NCBI GenBank assembly: GCA_032718475.1
Contig: JAUCBJ010001936.1
Span: 1 to 64,000, forward strand
Length of the DNA stretch: 64,000 nt
Origin: Nemertoderma westbladi
Taxonomy: Eukaryota > Animalia > Xenacoelomorpha
Reading direction: 5' to 3'
Shown here: piece by piece, positions 48,165 to 60,363 of the stretch
Position numbering within the stretch: position 1 is the stretch's first letter
How the letters are laid out: every line of letters begins with the position of its first letter
Translations under genes and position numbers: made by a program
The notes under the pieces: generated by a model
Databases searched by the model: none
What the model was told of the DNA's origin: nothing
The model's input: only the letters and a program-made list of their open reading frames with translations

Positions 48165-51100
48165 GGGTGATCTTCCACAGTAAACCCTTCCACTCTGTTT
48201 ACTATAGGAATGCCTGTTCACCACCATGGGTGATCTTCCACAGTAAACCCTTCCACTCTGTTTCCTAAAGGAATGCCTGTTCACCACCATGGGTGATCTT
48301 CCACAGTAAACCCTTCCACTCTGTTTACTAAAGGAATGCCTGTTCACCACCATGGGTGATCTTCCACAGTAAACCCTTCCACTCTGTTTCCTAAAGGAAT
48401 GCCTGTTCACCACCATGGGTGATCTTCCACAGTAAACCCTTCCACTATGTTTCCTAAAGGAATGCCTGTTCTCCACCATGGGTGATCTTCCACGGTAAAG
48501 CCTTCCACTCTGTTTACTAAAGGAATGCCTGTTCTCCACCATGGGTGATCTTCCACAGTAAAGCCTTCCACTCTGTTTACTAAAGGAATGCCTGTTCTCC
48601 ACAATGGGTGATCTTCCACAGTAAAGCCTTCCACTCTGTATACTAAAGGAATGCCTGTTCACCACCATGGGTGATCTTCCACAGTAAACCCTTCCACTCT
48701 GTTTACTAAAGGAATGCCTGTTCACCACCATGGGTGATCTTCCACAGTAAACCCTTCCACTCCTTTTACTAAAGGAATGCCTGTTCACCACCATGGGTGA
48801 TCTTCCACAGTAAACCCTTCCACTCCTTTTACTAAAGGAATGCCTGTTCACCACCATGGGTGATCTTCCACAGTAAACCCTTCCACTCTGTTTACTAAAG
48901 GAATGCCTGTTCACCACCATGGGTGATCTTCCACAGTAAACCCTTCCACTCTGTTTCCTAAAGGAATGCCTGTTCACCACCATGGGTGATCTTCCACAGT
49001 AAACCCTTCCACTCTGTTTACTAAAGGAATGCCTGTTCACCACCATGGGTGATCTTTCACAGTAAACCCTTCCACTCTGTTTACTAAAGGAATGCCTGTT
49101 CACCACCATGGGTGATCTTCCACAGTAAACCCTTCCACTCTGTTTACTATAGGAATGCCTGTTCACCACCATGGGTGATCTTCCACAGTAAACCCTTCCA
49201 CTCTGTTTCCTAAAGGAATGCCTGTTCACCACCATGGGTGATCTTCCACAGTAAACCCTTCCACTCTGTTTACTAAAGGAATGCCTGTTCACCACCATGG
49301 GTGATCTTCCACAGTAAACCCTTCCACTCTGTTTCCTAAAGGAATGCCTGTTCACCACCATGGGTGATCTTCCACAGTAAACCCTTCCACTCTGTTTACT
49401 AAAGGAATGCCTGTTCACCACCATGGGTGATCTTCCACAGTAAACCCTTCCACTCTGTTTCCTAAAGGAATGCCTGTTCACCACCATGGGTGATCTTCCA
49501 CTGTAAACCCTTCCTCTCTGTTTCCTAAAGGAATGTCTGTTCACCACCATGGGTGATCTTCCACAGTAAACCCTTCCACTCTGTTTCCTAAAGTAATGCC
49601 TTTGCACCACCACCATGAGTGATCTTCCACAGTAAACCCTTCCACTCTGTTTCCCAAAGGAAGGCCTGTTCACCACCATGGGTGATCTTCCACAGTAAAC
49701 CCTTCCACTATGTTTCCTAAAGGAATGCCTTTTCTCTACCATGGGTGATCTTCCACAGTAAACCCTTCCACTATGTTTCCTAAAGGAATGCCTGTTCTCC
49801 ACCATGGGTGATCTTCCACAGTAAACCCTTCCACCCTGTTTCCTAAAGGAATGCCTGTTCTCCACCACGGGTGATCTTCCACAGTAAACCCTTCCACTCT
49901 GTTTCCTAAAGAAGGAATGCCTGTTCACCACCATGGGTGATCTTCCACAGTAAACCCTTCCACTCTGTTTCCTAAAGGAATGCCTGTTCACCACCATGGG
50001 TGATCTTCCACAGTAAACCCTTCCACTATGTTTCCTAAAGGAATGCCTGTTCACCACCATGGGTGATCTTCCACAGTAAACCCTTCCACTCTGTTTCCTA
50101 AAGGAATGCCTGTTCACCACCATGGGTGATCTTCCACAGTAAACCCTTTCACTCTGTTTCCTAAAGGAATGCCTGTTCACCACCATGGGTGATCTTCCAC
50201 AGTAAACCCTTCCACTCTGTTTCCTAAAGGAATGCCTGTTCACCACCATGGGTGATCTTCCACAGTAAACCCTTCCACTCTGTTTCCTAAAGGAATGCCT
50301 GTTCACCACCATGGGTGATCTTCCACAGTAAACCCTTCCACTCTGTTTCCTAAAGGAATGCCTATTCTCCACCATGGGTGATCTTCCACAGTAAACCCTT
50401 CCACTCTGTTTCCTAAAGGAATGCCTGTTCACCACCATGGGTGATCTTCCACAGTAAACCCTTCCACTCTGTTTCCTAAAGGAATGCCTGTTCACAACCA
50501 TGGGTGATCTTCCACAGTAAACCCTTCCACTCTGTTTCCTAAAGGAATGCCTGTTCTCCACCATGGGTGATCTTCCACAGTAAAGCCTTCCACTCTGTAC
50601 ACTAAAGGAATGCCTGTTCACCACCATGGGTGATCTTCCACAGTAAACCCTTCCACTCTGTTTACTAAAGGAATGCCTGTTCACCACCATGGGTGATCTT
50701 CCACAGTAAACCCTTCCACTCCTTTTACTAAAGGAATGCCTGTTCACCACCATGGGTGATCTTCCACAGTAAACCCTTCCACTCCTTTTACTAAAGGAAT
50801 GCCTGTTCACCACCATGGGTGATCTTCCACAGTAAACCCTTCCACTCTGTTTACTAAAGGAATGCCTGTTCACCACCATGGGTGATCTTCCACAGTAAAC
50901 CCTTCCACTCTGTTTCCTAAAGGAATGCCTGTTCACCACCATGGGTGATCTTCCACAGTAAACCCTTCCACTCTGTTTACTAAAGGAATGCCTGTTCACC
51001 ACCATGGGTGATCTTCCACAGTAAACCCTTCCACTCTGTTTCCTAAAGGAATGCCTGTTCACCACCATGGGTGATCTTTCACAGTAAACCCTTCCACTCT

Positions 51101-53008
51101 GTTTACTAAAGGAATGCCTGTTCACCACCATGGGTGATCTTCCACAGTAAACCCTTCCACTCTGTTTACTATAGGAATGCCTGTTCACCACCATGGGTGA
51201 TCTTCCACAGTAAACCCTTCCACTCTGTTTCCTAAAGGAATGCCTGTTCACCACCATGGGTGATCTTCCACAGTAAACCCTTCCACTCTGTTTACTAAAG
51301 GAATGCCTGTTCACCACCATGGGTGATCTTCCACAGTAAACCCTTCCACTCTGTTTCCTAAAGGAATGCCTGTTCACCACCATGGGTGATCTTCCACAGT
51401 AAACCCTTCCACTCTGTTTACTAAAGGAATGCCTGTTCACCACCATGGGTGATCTTCCACAGTAAACCCTTCCACTCTGTTTCCTAAAGGAATGCCTGTT
51501 CACCACCATGGGTGATCTTCCACTGTAAACCCTTCCTCTCTGTTTCCTAAAGGAATGTCTGTTCACCACCATGGGTGATCTTCCACAGTAAACCCTTCCA
51601 CTCTGTTTCCTAAAGTAATGCCTTTGCACCACCACCATGAGTGATCTTCCACAGTAAACCCTTCCACTCTGTTTCCCAAAGGAAGGCCTGTTCACCACCA
51701 TGGGTGATCTTCCACAGTAAACCCTTCCACTATGTTTCCTAAAGGAATGCCTTTTCTCTACCATGGGTGATCTTCCACAGTAAACCCTTCCACTATGTTT
51801 CCTAAAGGAATGCCTGTTCTCCACCATGGGTGATCTTCCACAGTAAACCCTTCCACCCTGTTTCCTAAAGGAATGCCTGTTCTCCACCACGGGTGATCTT
51901 CCACAGTAAACCCTTCCACTCTGTTTCCTAAATAAGGAATGCCTGTTCACCACCATGGGTGATCTTCCACAGTAAACCCTTCCACTCTGTTTCCTAAAGG
52001 AATGCCTGTTCACCACCATGGGTGATCTTCCACAGTAAACCCTTCCACTATGTTTCCTAAAGGAATGCCTGTTCACCACCATGGGTGATCTTCCACAGTA
52101 AACCCTTCCACTCTGTTTCCTAAAGGAATGCCTGTTCACCACCATGGGTGATCTTCCACAGTAAACCCTTCCACTCTGTTTCCTAAAGGAATGCCTGTTC
52201 ACCACCATGGGTGATCTTCCACAGTAAACCCTTCCACTCTGTTTCCTAAAGGAATGCCTGTTCACCACCATGGGTGATCTTCCACAGTAAACCCTTCCAC
52301 TCTGTTTCCTAAAGGAATGCCTGTTCACCACCATGGGTGATCTTCCACAGTAAACCCTTCCACTCTGTTTCCTAAAGGAATGCCTGTTCACCACCATGGG
52401 TGATCTTCCACAGTAAACCCTTTCACTCTGTTTCCTAAAGGAATGCCAGTTCACCACCATGGGTGATCTTCCACAGTAAACCCTTCCACTCTGTTTCCTA
52501 AAGGAATGCCTGTTCACCACCATGGGTGATCTTCCACAGTAAACCCTTCCACTCTGTTTCCTAAAGGAATGCCTGTTCACCACCATGGGTGATCTTCCAC
52601 AGTAAACCCTTCCACTCTGTTTCCTAAAGGAATGCCTATTCTCCACCATGGGTGATCTTCCACAGTAAACCCTTCCACTCTGTTTCCTAAAGGAATGCCT
52701 GTTCACCACCATGGGTGATCTTCCACAGTAAACCCTTCCACTCTGTTTCCTAAAGGAATGCCTGTTCACAACCATGGGTGATCTTCCACAGTAAACCCTT
52801 CCACTCTGTTTCCTAAAGGAATGCCTGTTCTCCACCATGGGTGATCTTCCACAGTAAACCCTTTACATTCTGTTTCCTAGAGGAATGCCTGTTCACCATC
52901 ATGGGTGATCTACCACAGTAAACCCTTCCACTCTGTTTCCTAAAGGAATGCCTGTTCACCACCATGGGTGATCTACCATAGTAAACCCTTCCACTCTGTT
53001 TCCTAAAG
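48165..53008. repeat. 63-bp satellite, right block (SLC25A1 intron 3)
   Basis: Same unit, more homogeneous, with a 2022-bp higher-order duplication. It ends 15 nt from exon 3. Confidence 0.99.
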
Positions 53009-53023
53009 TATTTAAATACAGAC

Positions 53024-53168
53024 CTTAATGGTTTCCTGGGGTATAACCACGAGCAGGGCCTCAGCAGTACCGGCGCATAGACCACAGAACAGCGACTGGT
53101 AGACCGAGAGTTTCTTAGATCCATAGTGGGACTTCACTTTCTCGGAGACCTGATCAAAGGTAAGAAAC
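53024..53168 (-). CDS. SLC25A1: Mitochondrial citrate carrier, exon 3
   Basis: CCCCTACAG acceptor and GTCTGT donor; reads FLTFDQVSE...CGLCAGTAEALLVVIPQETIK, the second carrier signature. Confidence 0.93.
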
Positions 53169-55329
53169 CTGTAGGGGGAATGTATTAGTTTGTAGTTTAT
53201 GTCTGTCAGTACAGGATAAAACGTCATGTTATACTCATATATACCAGACTACAACCAGCATATAATTGCTGTATTACTACAGACACCATTTGCTTGAATA
53301 TAGTTTGTTTATTCTGGAAAATTCCAACATCAATGAGATTAAATAAAATTCAAACCATAGATAGTTCCACCTCTACTTTCTGGGTGGGTCAGAATTTTTT
53401 ATTTCCGCTTTCAATCTTTCGATAGTATTTATCGACAATGAACCAGTTAAACCGCAGTTATTCTTACATATGTAACATTATTGGAATTTCGTTGAAAAAT
53501 AGCGAGATATGAGCGTTCATAAGTTGCATGTGGTTTTGCAACTGCACGCACAATAAAAGGCTGTTTTATTCTATTTAATAAAAACACCATATTCTGGAAC
53601 ATTTTGTTTATGTATGAATAGCTACGTAATAGTATGATTAAAGAGGTATTGCATTGTTGCCCAGCTACTTATTGGATAAACAAATTATTCCAGAATGTCG
53701 TGTATTTATTAAATATAATAAAATTGGCTTGCGCAGATGCAAAACCATGCAATCTTCATACGGCCATATTTTATGATCAGATTTTATGACAAAATTCAGA
53801 TTGTGTCTGACTGACTCACTCAGAAAGAAGGAGGGCGGTGATACTATCTCTGTTTCAAATTTCATGCAATCTCATTATGAATTGTAGAAATTATTTTAAT
53901 TAATAAATAGAAGATACTATATTCCAGGCCACGGTGTACCCGGTGTATGTACTGGTTATGTATACACACACTATACATACATTAATACAGTGCTAGTGCG
54001 GGGTACGGTTTTACCAAATCTATGTTTGCCAGAAATGGGTTGTCGGTATCCAAAATATCATTCTGTTGAAAATATAATTTGTTATCATTTGCAAAATAAC
54101 TATTTAAGTCGTGGCAAAAAAAAGTAGGAAAGAAAAGCAAGACAAAAATGTTACTTTTTGTCACCACTTACGTCGTTTTATTTGTTGTACCGGTAAGTCT
54201 TCTCTAACAATAATCTGGGCCCATTTCAGCATAAATATCGTCCATCGAAGCTTCTTTCATAGCGAAATACGGGCATTACTACACCTTGGGTACCCATTAC
54301 CAATTTTTTTTCATATGAAAAAAGATTTTATCATGAGGTTTATTATCTAGAACAAATACTTGTCTTCTGACAGTAGGATGGTTTTCCAAAAAATGTTTAC
54401 TACAGAAATAAAATGTGTTCTAGAACAAGAATATTTATAAAAATTGATAAATAACACGTGTTGTATAACATTTATAAAAAATAAGCAAAAACTAGCTGGT
54501 ATAAAAAATCAATGTCATGGAAATTACTTTGAAATTAAAATCAACTTTACTTTTTTTGTTGACAAAATTAAGTGTTCTTTTTTTGTCAAACTTGTTAACA
54601 ACTTTGACAAAAAAAGTGACTTACAACAAATAAAACCTATATCAGTACCCTCCTATATTAGGCCTCCGGTATTGTGAATTGTAATAATTTGAAATTGAAA
54701 ATAAAATGACAAAAAATGAGAAACACAATTACTAATATGTATGTTATACGTTTTCAGTGCCTCAGACAGAGGATAGGCAGATGGAGAAAATGCCATATCC
54801 AATGCAGGAATGACGTGCCTCAGCCTCATATATTATTAATAATACGCGATTAATAAGACGCGATTAATTAAAATAGTTAATCAAGTAGTCGGTGGCTAGT
54901 CGGGTAGTCCCATTACACCAGCCACCGTTGACAATTGCGTCAACAAAAGCACTGTACGTAAATACAATAAGGAAGCGGAGTAGCGGATAGATATCGTAAG
55001 CATGTAAAGCAGATAGCATACCATTCTTACCCCACATAGCACTCGTATCCTCACTTACCCCATACGCTTGATTATAACATACACATCCTTTATATAGACA
55101 TACTATGCCTACTGTATGGTTATATACTGTATGAACCAATATCTATATACACAGGAACCCCCCCCCCCCCCCCTCCTTACCCCACACACATTCTCTTTCG
55201 GGTTTTTTTTATTGCCTCTGCTCCTCCAAGGAGTTTATTCAGTTCCCGCTTAAAATTTTTAATAGATTCAGATTGTCGTACAGAGGTGGGAATGGAGTTC
55301 CAAACATGTGGAGCACACACTCTGATAGA

Positions 55330-56500
55330 CTGCTTGGCAACCTCAAGATGTGTGCGCGGGATTGTACAGTTATTTTGTGTTGTGTTTCTAGTTCTGTGCT
55401 CGTGAGTGTTGGCAACCGGTATCAGTAATGAGGTGAGGATAAAATGTGTGAGGGCATAAGAATATGTGAGCTTTTGTATGCAGGAATGGCTGTTTGTTTA
55501 ATGAAAATAGAGCGTAGTGTAAGTGGTGTAAATTCTGAGTTGTATTTTTGTACAATCCGTTGAGCGCGCAGTTGTAATTGGAGTAAAGTTTAGTGGGTAG
55601 TTGTAGGTTTGTTCTTTTGCGCTCTGCGTTTGCGTCTGTGGTGATGGTATTGGTCTCGTCTACATCGTGTTTGCATGGCATCAGTTCGGCTGGAATGTAT
55701 GTAGTGTTTAGCAGCCCAAACCGTGTTACAGTAGATTAAGTAAGGGTTTATTAAAGTATTGTACAGTATGGGAAGTATGGCGTAATGAAATTCTTGATTC
55801 GGTTTAGTATACGGTACCAATATTTCTGCTTATTTTTATACGTACCGGTATGTAATTGTGCTTCCAAGTTAAGTGTTCGTGTTATGTGAATGCCAAGAAA
55901 TTTTATACCGTTAATTGTGACAGTAAGTGATGGGTCTAGGTTTACACATTTTGTAGGTGTTCGAAATATTATAAAGTTTTTTTTTCAAGTTTAGAAAAAG
56001 TCTGTTGAGTTGGAACCATCTTGTCAGTTTATTCAGTTCCGTATTAATGTCTCTAATTAATTCGTTAATATTCCTACCAGATTTGAAAATGTTTGTATAA
56101 ATCGGCGAAAATAATGAATTTGCAAATGTCTGTGGAATTGGTGATGTCGTTGCAGTATATTATGAAAAGCAAGGGGCTAAGTAGTGAGCCTTGTGGTAGT
56201 CCAATCATCAGTGGCAGCGGTTTTGACTTACCTGAACCTACTCTAACGTACTGTACTCTGTCTGTTAGGTAGTTTGTAAGCCATGATTGAGTGGTACCGG
56301 TAATACCATAACGTTGGAGTTTCTGTAGGAGTATTTGGCTGTTTGGTGGTTTACCGTGTCGAATGCCTTGGATAGATCCAAGGAGACACCGACGGTAAAC
56401 TCGCCCTTATCCATGGCGTTAGTGATATGTTCAAGTAAGGTAAGCAGTGCGTGTTCCGTTGAATGTTTGCGTCTGAAACCGAATTGTGAAGAGTTCATGA
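55330..56500 (-). mobile_element. Degenerate CR1/L2-group LINE reverse transcriptase fragment (intron 2)
   Basis: SQFGFRRKHSTEHAL...LDLSKAFDTVNH, then frameshifted GLPQGSLLSPLLFIIY and LYNTLINPYLIYCNTVW. Boundaries are approximate. Confidence 0.85.
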
Positions 56501-56652
56501 TTGCTTGTAATATAGGAGGGCTACTTTCGTCAACAAATCCTCCATTAGCGGTACTCGCTGTTCGAACCATATGAAACTTTATAATCTAAAATTTACCATA
56601 AAAAGTACATGTATTCCACAGAACTGGGCACGTCTATCAGTCTATTTATTAC

Positions 56653-56860
56653 CTGACAGCTGATTTTGGAACGGCAAAGAACAGCAACGGAGTTAGACCT
56701 CTGTAGAAGCCACGAACGCCGAATTCCTTTTGCGTAACTCGTATGCAATCGGCGATACCCTTATATCGAGGTGTGGCCGATGTGCGGTCCAACTGTAGTT
56801 GGGTCTTTACGTACTCGGTGGGGTAGGTAATGCAGATCTCTATACCTCCAGCCAAGCCCC
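56653..56860 (-). CDS. SLC25A1: Mitochondrial citrate carrier, exon 2
   Basis: TCTCTTGTAG acceptor and GTAATA donor; reads [24 protein letters not shown]...[19 protein letters not shown], near-identical to the citrate-carrier motif [21 protein letters not shown]. Confidence 0.95.
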
Positions 56861-57287
56861 CTACAAGAGAAGAAGAGAAATACAAGTTACAAAAATTAAA
56901 TATACGTGTAACGGCACGGTAACAGGTACTGCGGTATGACGCTACCGCTACCGGCACGCTACCAGAACGGCAACGACGACACCACGGCGATGACAACTGG
57001 ACAACGACAACGCCAATGTGGTATAGCAGCAGTATACTGGTAGGCCTATCAGCCTATAGTTATAGTACAGTCTGACAGTAGTAGGCAGTAGGGCTACGTA
57101 CTGACGTATACTGGCAGACTGGTAGGCATACCCAATGCTGCAATGCCCAACTCAGCCTAACAATAGGACTAATGAATACAGGAATACCCCTACTGGCTGA
57201 CTGGAATAACCTGAATAATGATAACAATCGGACAATATCAAAAAAGCCTATATACTATTTGTAGCGGCAACAGATCTCAAAGCTCAC

Positions 57288-57378
57288 CTGCAAATATGCT
57301 TTTCGCAGTTAACTGGTATTTATTGCTATAGGTTGGGGCAACTGCGGCTGCACTAAAATTCCGTATATCTGTGGACAT
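57288..57378 (-). CDS. SLC25A1: Mitochondrial citrate carrier, exon 1
   Basis: ATG at 57378; reads MSTDIRNFSAAAVAPTYSNKYQLTAKSIFAG with a phase-1 GTGAG donor that fits exon 2. The six exons sum to 957 nt (318 aa plus stop). Confidence 0.85.
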
Positions 57379-59097
57379 TTTGAAATGTTTGTTGTTCAAT
57401 GTTTACCAGTCCTGCTCCTGCAGTCTGCCAGTATGTTGGGAAATTGATGTAATCCTGCTCAGGCAGTCAGGCAGCATGGACTGTTGTACCGGTACCTGGG
57501 TACTGGTATATGGCTGTATGGGTATTGAAATACTATAGCCCGCTTACTACGTACAACTGTATACAGGTATAGCTGTATACAGTAGGCCTACAGTATAGCT
57601 GAATAATTTTTGTTTAAGTAGGGAATTTCCGGTTTGGGGGGCACTGAACAGCTGAAACACTAAAAAGCATGTGTCTAAAACACTTGTCACTGGTGGGAAG
57701 GTGGTGGGAACACTTAGAAAATTTTTCACATATTCATTTCTACATTGTCTAGGCCTATATCTGTATATACAGATATATGAAAAGACTGATATTTTTCTCA
57801 AATTTCCCGGTTTCCTCGGGAAAATACCGGGAAAAATAAGGGCAATTTCTTTTCACAATTTTAATTCAATTTTTTTTAGCTGCCAGTAATACTGCAGTTG
57901 TAAGTAAAAAATTCAGTACCCCTGAAATGTACAATCTGACATATTTTAGTTATACGGCAGTACTGTACTGTATGTACCGCGTAACGGTACTGTGCGAAGT
58001 AAAGTTTTTAATGAATCTACAGTAGGCCTTCTTAATGTACGAAATTGTCATTTGTACCTTGAAGCTTATTAATCGTATTTTGCTTTTTGGTAAAACAATT
58101 TTAATATGCGGTAGTCGCAGAATCTTAATTGTAAATAATATAATAATATAAACTTTAATACGTGTTTCGGCCTCAAGCACTCATTTATTGATTATTTTTT
58201 TTATCTTGATACTCTCTGTAGTGATTTTACTTACTGTATAGTTCTACTTTATGAACTACTTACGGTACAGCAACCCCTCTGTGCTCTCTCCCTCCAGACC
58301 GGATCTCCTAGCGGATTTAGTCCCCCTGACAAATTCTGCTTCGGATTTGGTCCTCGTTCGCGGAATTTAGTTTAATTATTGTTCTCGTTGGGAAAGCCTG
58401 ACTTCTTAGGCTGCTCCTAATTCGCAATTGGTAATGATAGACACAGCGGCGTTTTATTGTTTCGGATAGTCATTTCATTCAACCTGTTAGTTGATAGCCT
58501 ATACTGTCCTCGTATCGTTTTAGTATTTTAGTTTGGAAATCCTGCCTTATCGGCAACATTTTATACTAAGTAATTAACCTTAATTGTTAATGATAGCCTA
58601 GAGTTTATTTAGTTAGAAAAGCATGTGTAACCTGTTCTTTCGCCCAACTGATATGATTAATGATAGCCGACTGTAGTGTTTATTTATTTATTTATTATTA
58701 TTCGTGAAACGCACAGTTTCTGCCTCTGCTAAAATATAATTATTCACAGCTTGATACCACTGGGTGTACGCAGTACTGTAGGTATTTTGTTTCATCGAAG
58801 TTGGATAACGGCTTCACTGCCGTAATAGTTGACAATTTGACGCGAACTTAGTTTATGGTCTAAAAAGTGAAAAGCTTGAGGTTAATTGACTGAAGTTATT
58901 ATTCAAAGAAATTAACTAACTTGAAAAACATCCTAAAATACAGCAAAAATTCGTAATAGTTAAATACAATTTGAAATATTACTACAGTGCACAACTTAGA
59001 CAAAAAAAATAGAGTATACACAGTATTTATAGCTAAACAAATATTTGTAGTCATGGGGAGTTATGATTGGTCGTCTTTGTCGTTCGTTTACATGAGG

Positions 59098-60363
59098 TTA
59101 ACTGAACGGAGCCCATGCTGCCTCTCTTGCAGACTCACCAGCAGACGCGCTATGGGCTGTAAGTCTAGACCGACTGGCCCTAGTTACACCGTAGAACCCC
59201 CGACCCTGTTCCTTTGCGAAGTTTCCTTTACCCATGTCTTCATTCTTCACCAAGATTTTCATTTTATTTAACTCTATTGACAGTCGATCTCGATCATTCT
59301 CAACCATCAACCGATTATTCCTTTCTCTAACACTATCCGATTTATAGGAATCGGCCTGCGCCCTGTAGTGCGTAACTCTATCAGCTTCGGTTTTTACATC
59401 TTTTATTAACTGATCCTTTAGAACACCGATCTCCTTTGCTCTTTTTTCGCTTATCTGTTTATATTTAACAACCTGAAATTGTAATCTATCTCTAGCCTCC
59501 ATTATCTTCTTGATTTCAATGCATTGATCATCCTTTTCTTGATTCACCTTATATAAGTTTAAACTCTGCTGGTTAACTTTCTCATAAACCTCCTCGTATT
59601 TTGCACTCCATGTGTTGTCGATCTGAACCTTCGCTAATTCTGTATCCTCTATTAATTCCTTCAAACAAATATTCAATTTCGCTATTTGATCTTCCATCGT
59701 TATTTTCTGGAATTTTAATTCCTCCCTTGTGTAATTCAGTTGTTCCTTCAGTTTTAACACTTCGGAATCCGTTTGGGATTTAAACTGTTGATTAGCATCA
59801 TTTTCTATTTCAGTAATGTTATCTTTATCACTTGATATATCACATGGCCCTTTGGTTGGAAATTCCTTCGCCGGCGAATCAAATTTTTCATAATATTCAA
59901 CAATACTGTCAACGATGTTAGAAGAGATTTGTGTTTTTCTATCAACTTCCGACTTTATTGTACAGCTTTTTGTGCGGTTTTCATTTCTGCGACCAACTAA
60001 ATCACCTAGCCCTTTATCCTTCAATATTTTTACCAATTTATTTAGCTCTTCTTCCATCAAACTGTTATGTTTCTGAAGTGTCTCAACATTTTCATCTGCC
60101 AACTGTAACTGAAACTGTTTGTCTATTAATTGTGAGTTCGCAACTTCCTTTAATCTATCTAACTCCAACGACTTCGTCTCCACCAACTCGTTGGTTAGTA
60201 TTACGATCGTCTTTAGACTTTCATTTTCTTTCTTCGCCAAGTCCAGCAAGGAAATAAGTTCCCTGCGGTCCGCAGATTCCGGGTACTCGTTACTTCTATT
60301 GTTTAGATTCAGTGCACAATCTGATTGAATGTTTACCACATCTGATGTCTCAGGAAAATCCAT
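59098..60363 (-). CDS. Uncharacterised 421-aa coiled-coil protein, single ORF
   Basis: ATG-initiated, non-repetitive 1.27-kb ORF rich in E/K/L/Q with heptad-like stretches. No catalytic motif recognised. Confidence 0.65.
   Translation of the reverse strand: MDFPETSDVVNIQSDCALNLNNRSNEYPESADRRELISLLDLAKKENESLKTIVILTNELVETKSLELDRLKEVANSQLIDKQFQLQLADENVETLQKHNSLMEEELNKLVKILKDKGLGDLVGRRNENRTKSCTIKSEVDRKTQISSNIVDSIVEYYEKFDSPAKEFPTKGPCDISSDKDNITEIENDANQQFKSQTDSEVLKLKEQLNYTREELKFQKITMEDQIAKLNICLKELIEDTELAKVQIDNTWSAKYEEVYEKVNQQSLNLYKVNQEKDDQCIEIKKIMEARDRLQFQVVKYKQISEKRAKEIGVLKDQLIKDVKTEADRVTHYRAQADSYKSDSVRERNNRLMVENDRDRLSIELNKMKILVKNEDMGKGNFAKEQGRGFYGVTRASRSRLTAHSASAGESAREAAWAPFS

Noticed and set aside
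36308-52838. Repetitive ORFs (MVVNRHSFRKQSGRVYCGRSP)n, including the 1559-aa and 456-aa ones
   Set aside because: They are translations of the intronic 63-bp satellite, broken by frameshifts and by the Copia insertion.
14938-53008. CRISPR array interpretation of the regular repeats
   Set aside because: Units are head-to-tail with no unique spacers, there are no cas genes, and the context is eukaryotic.
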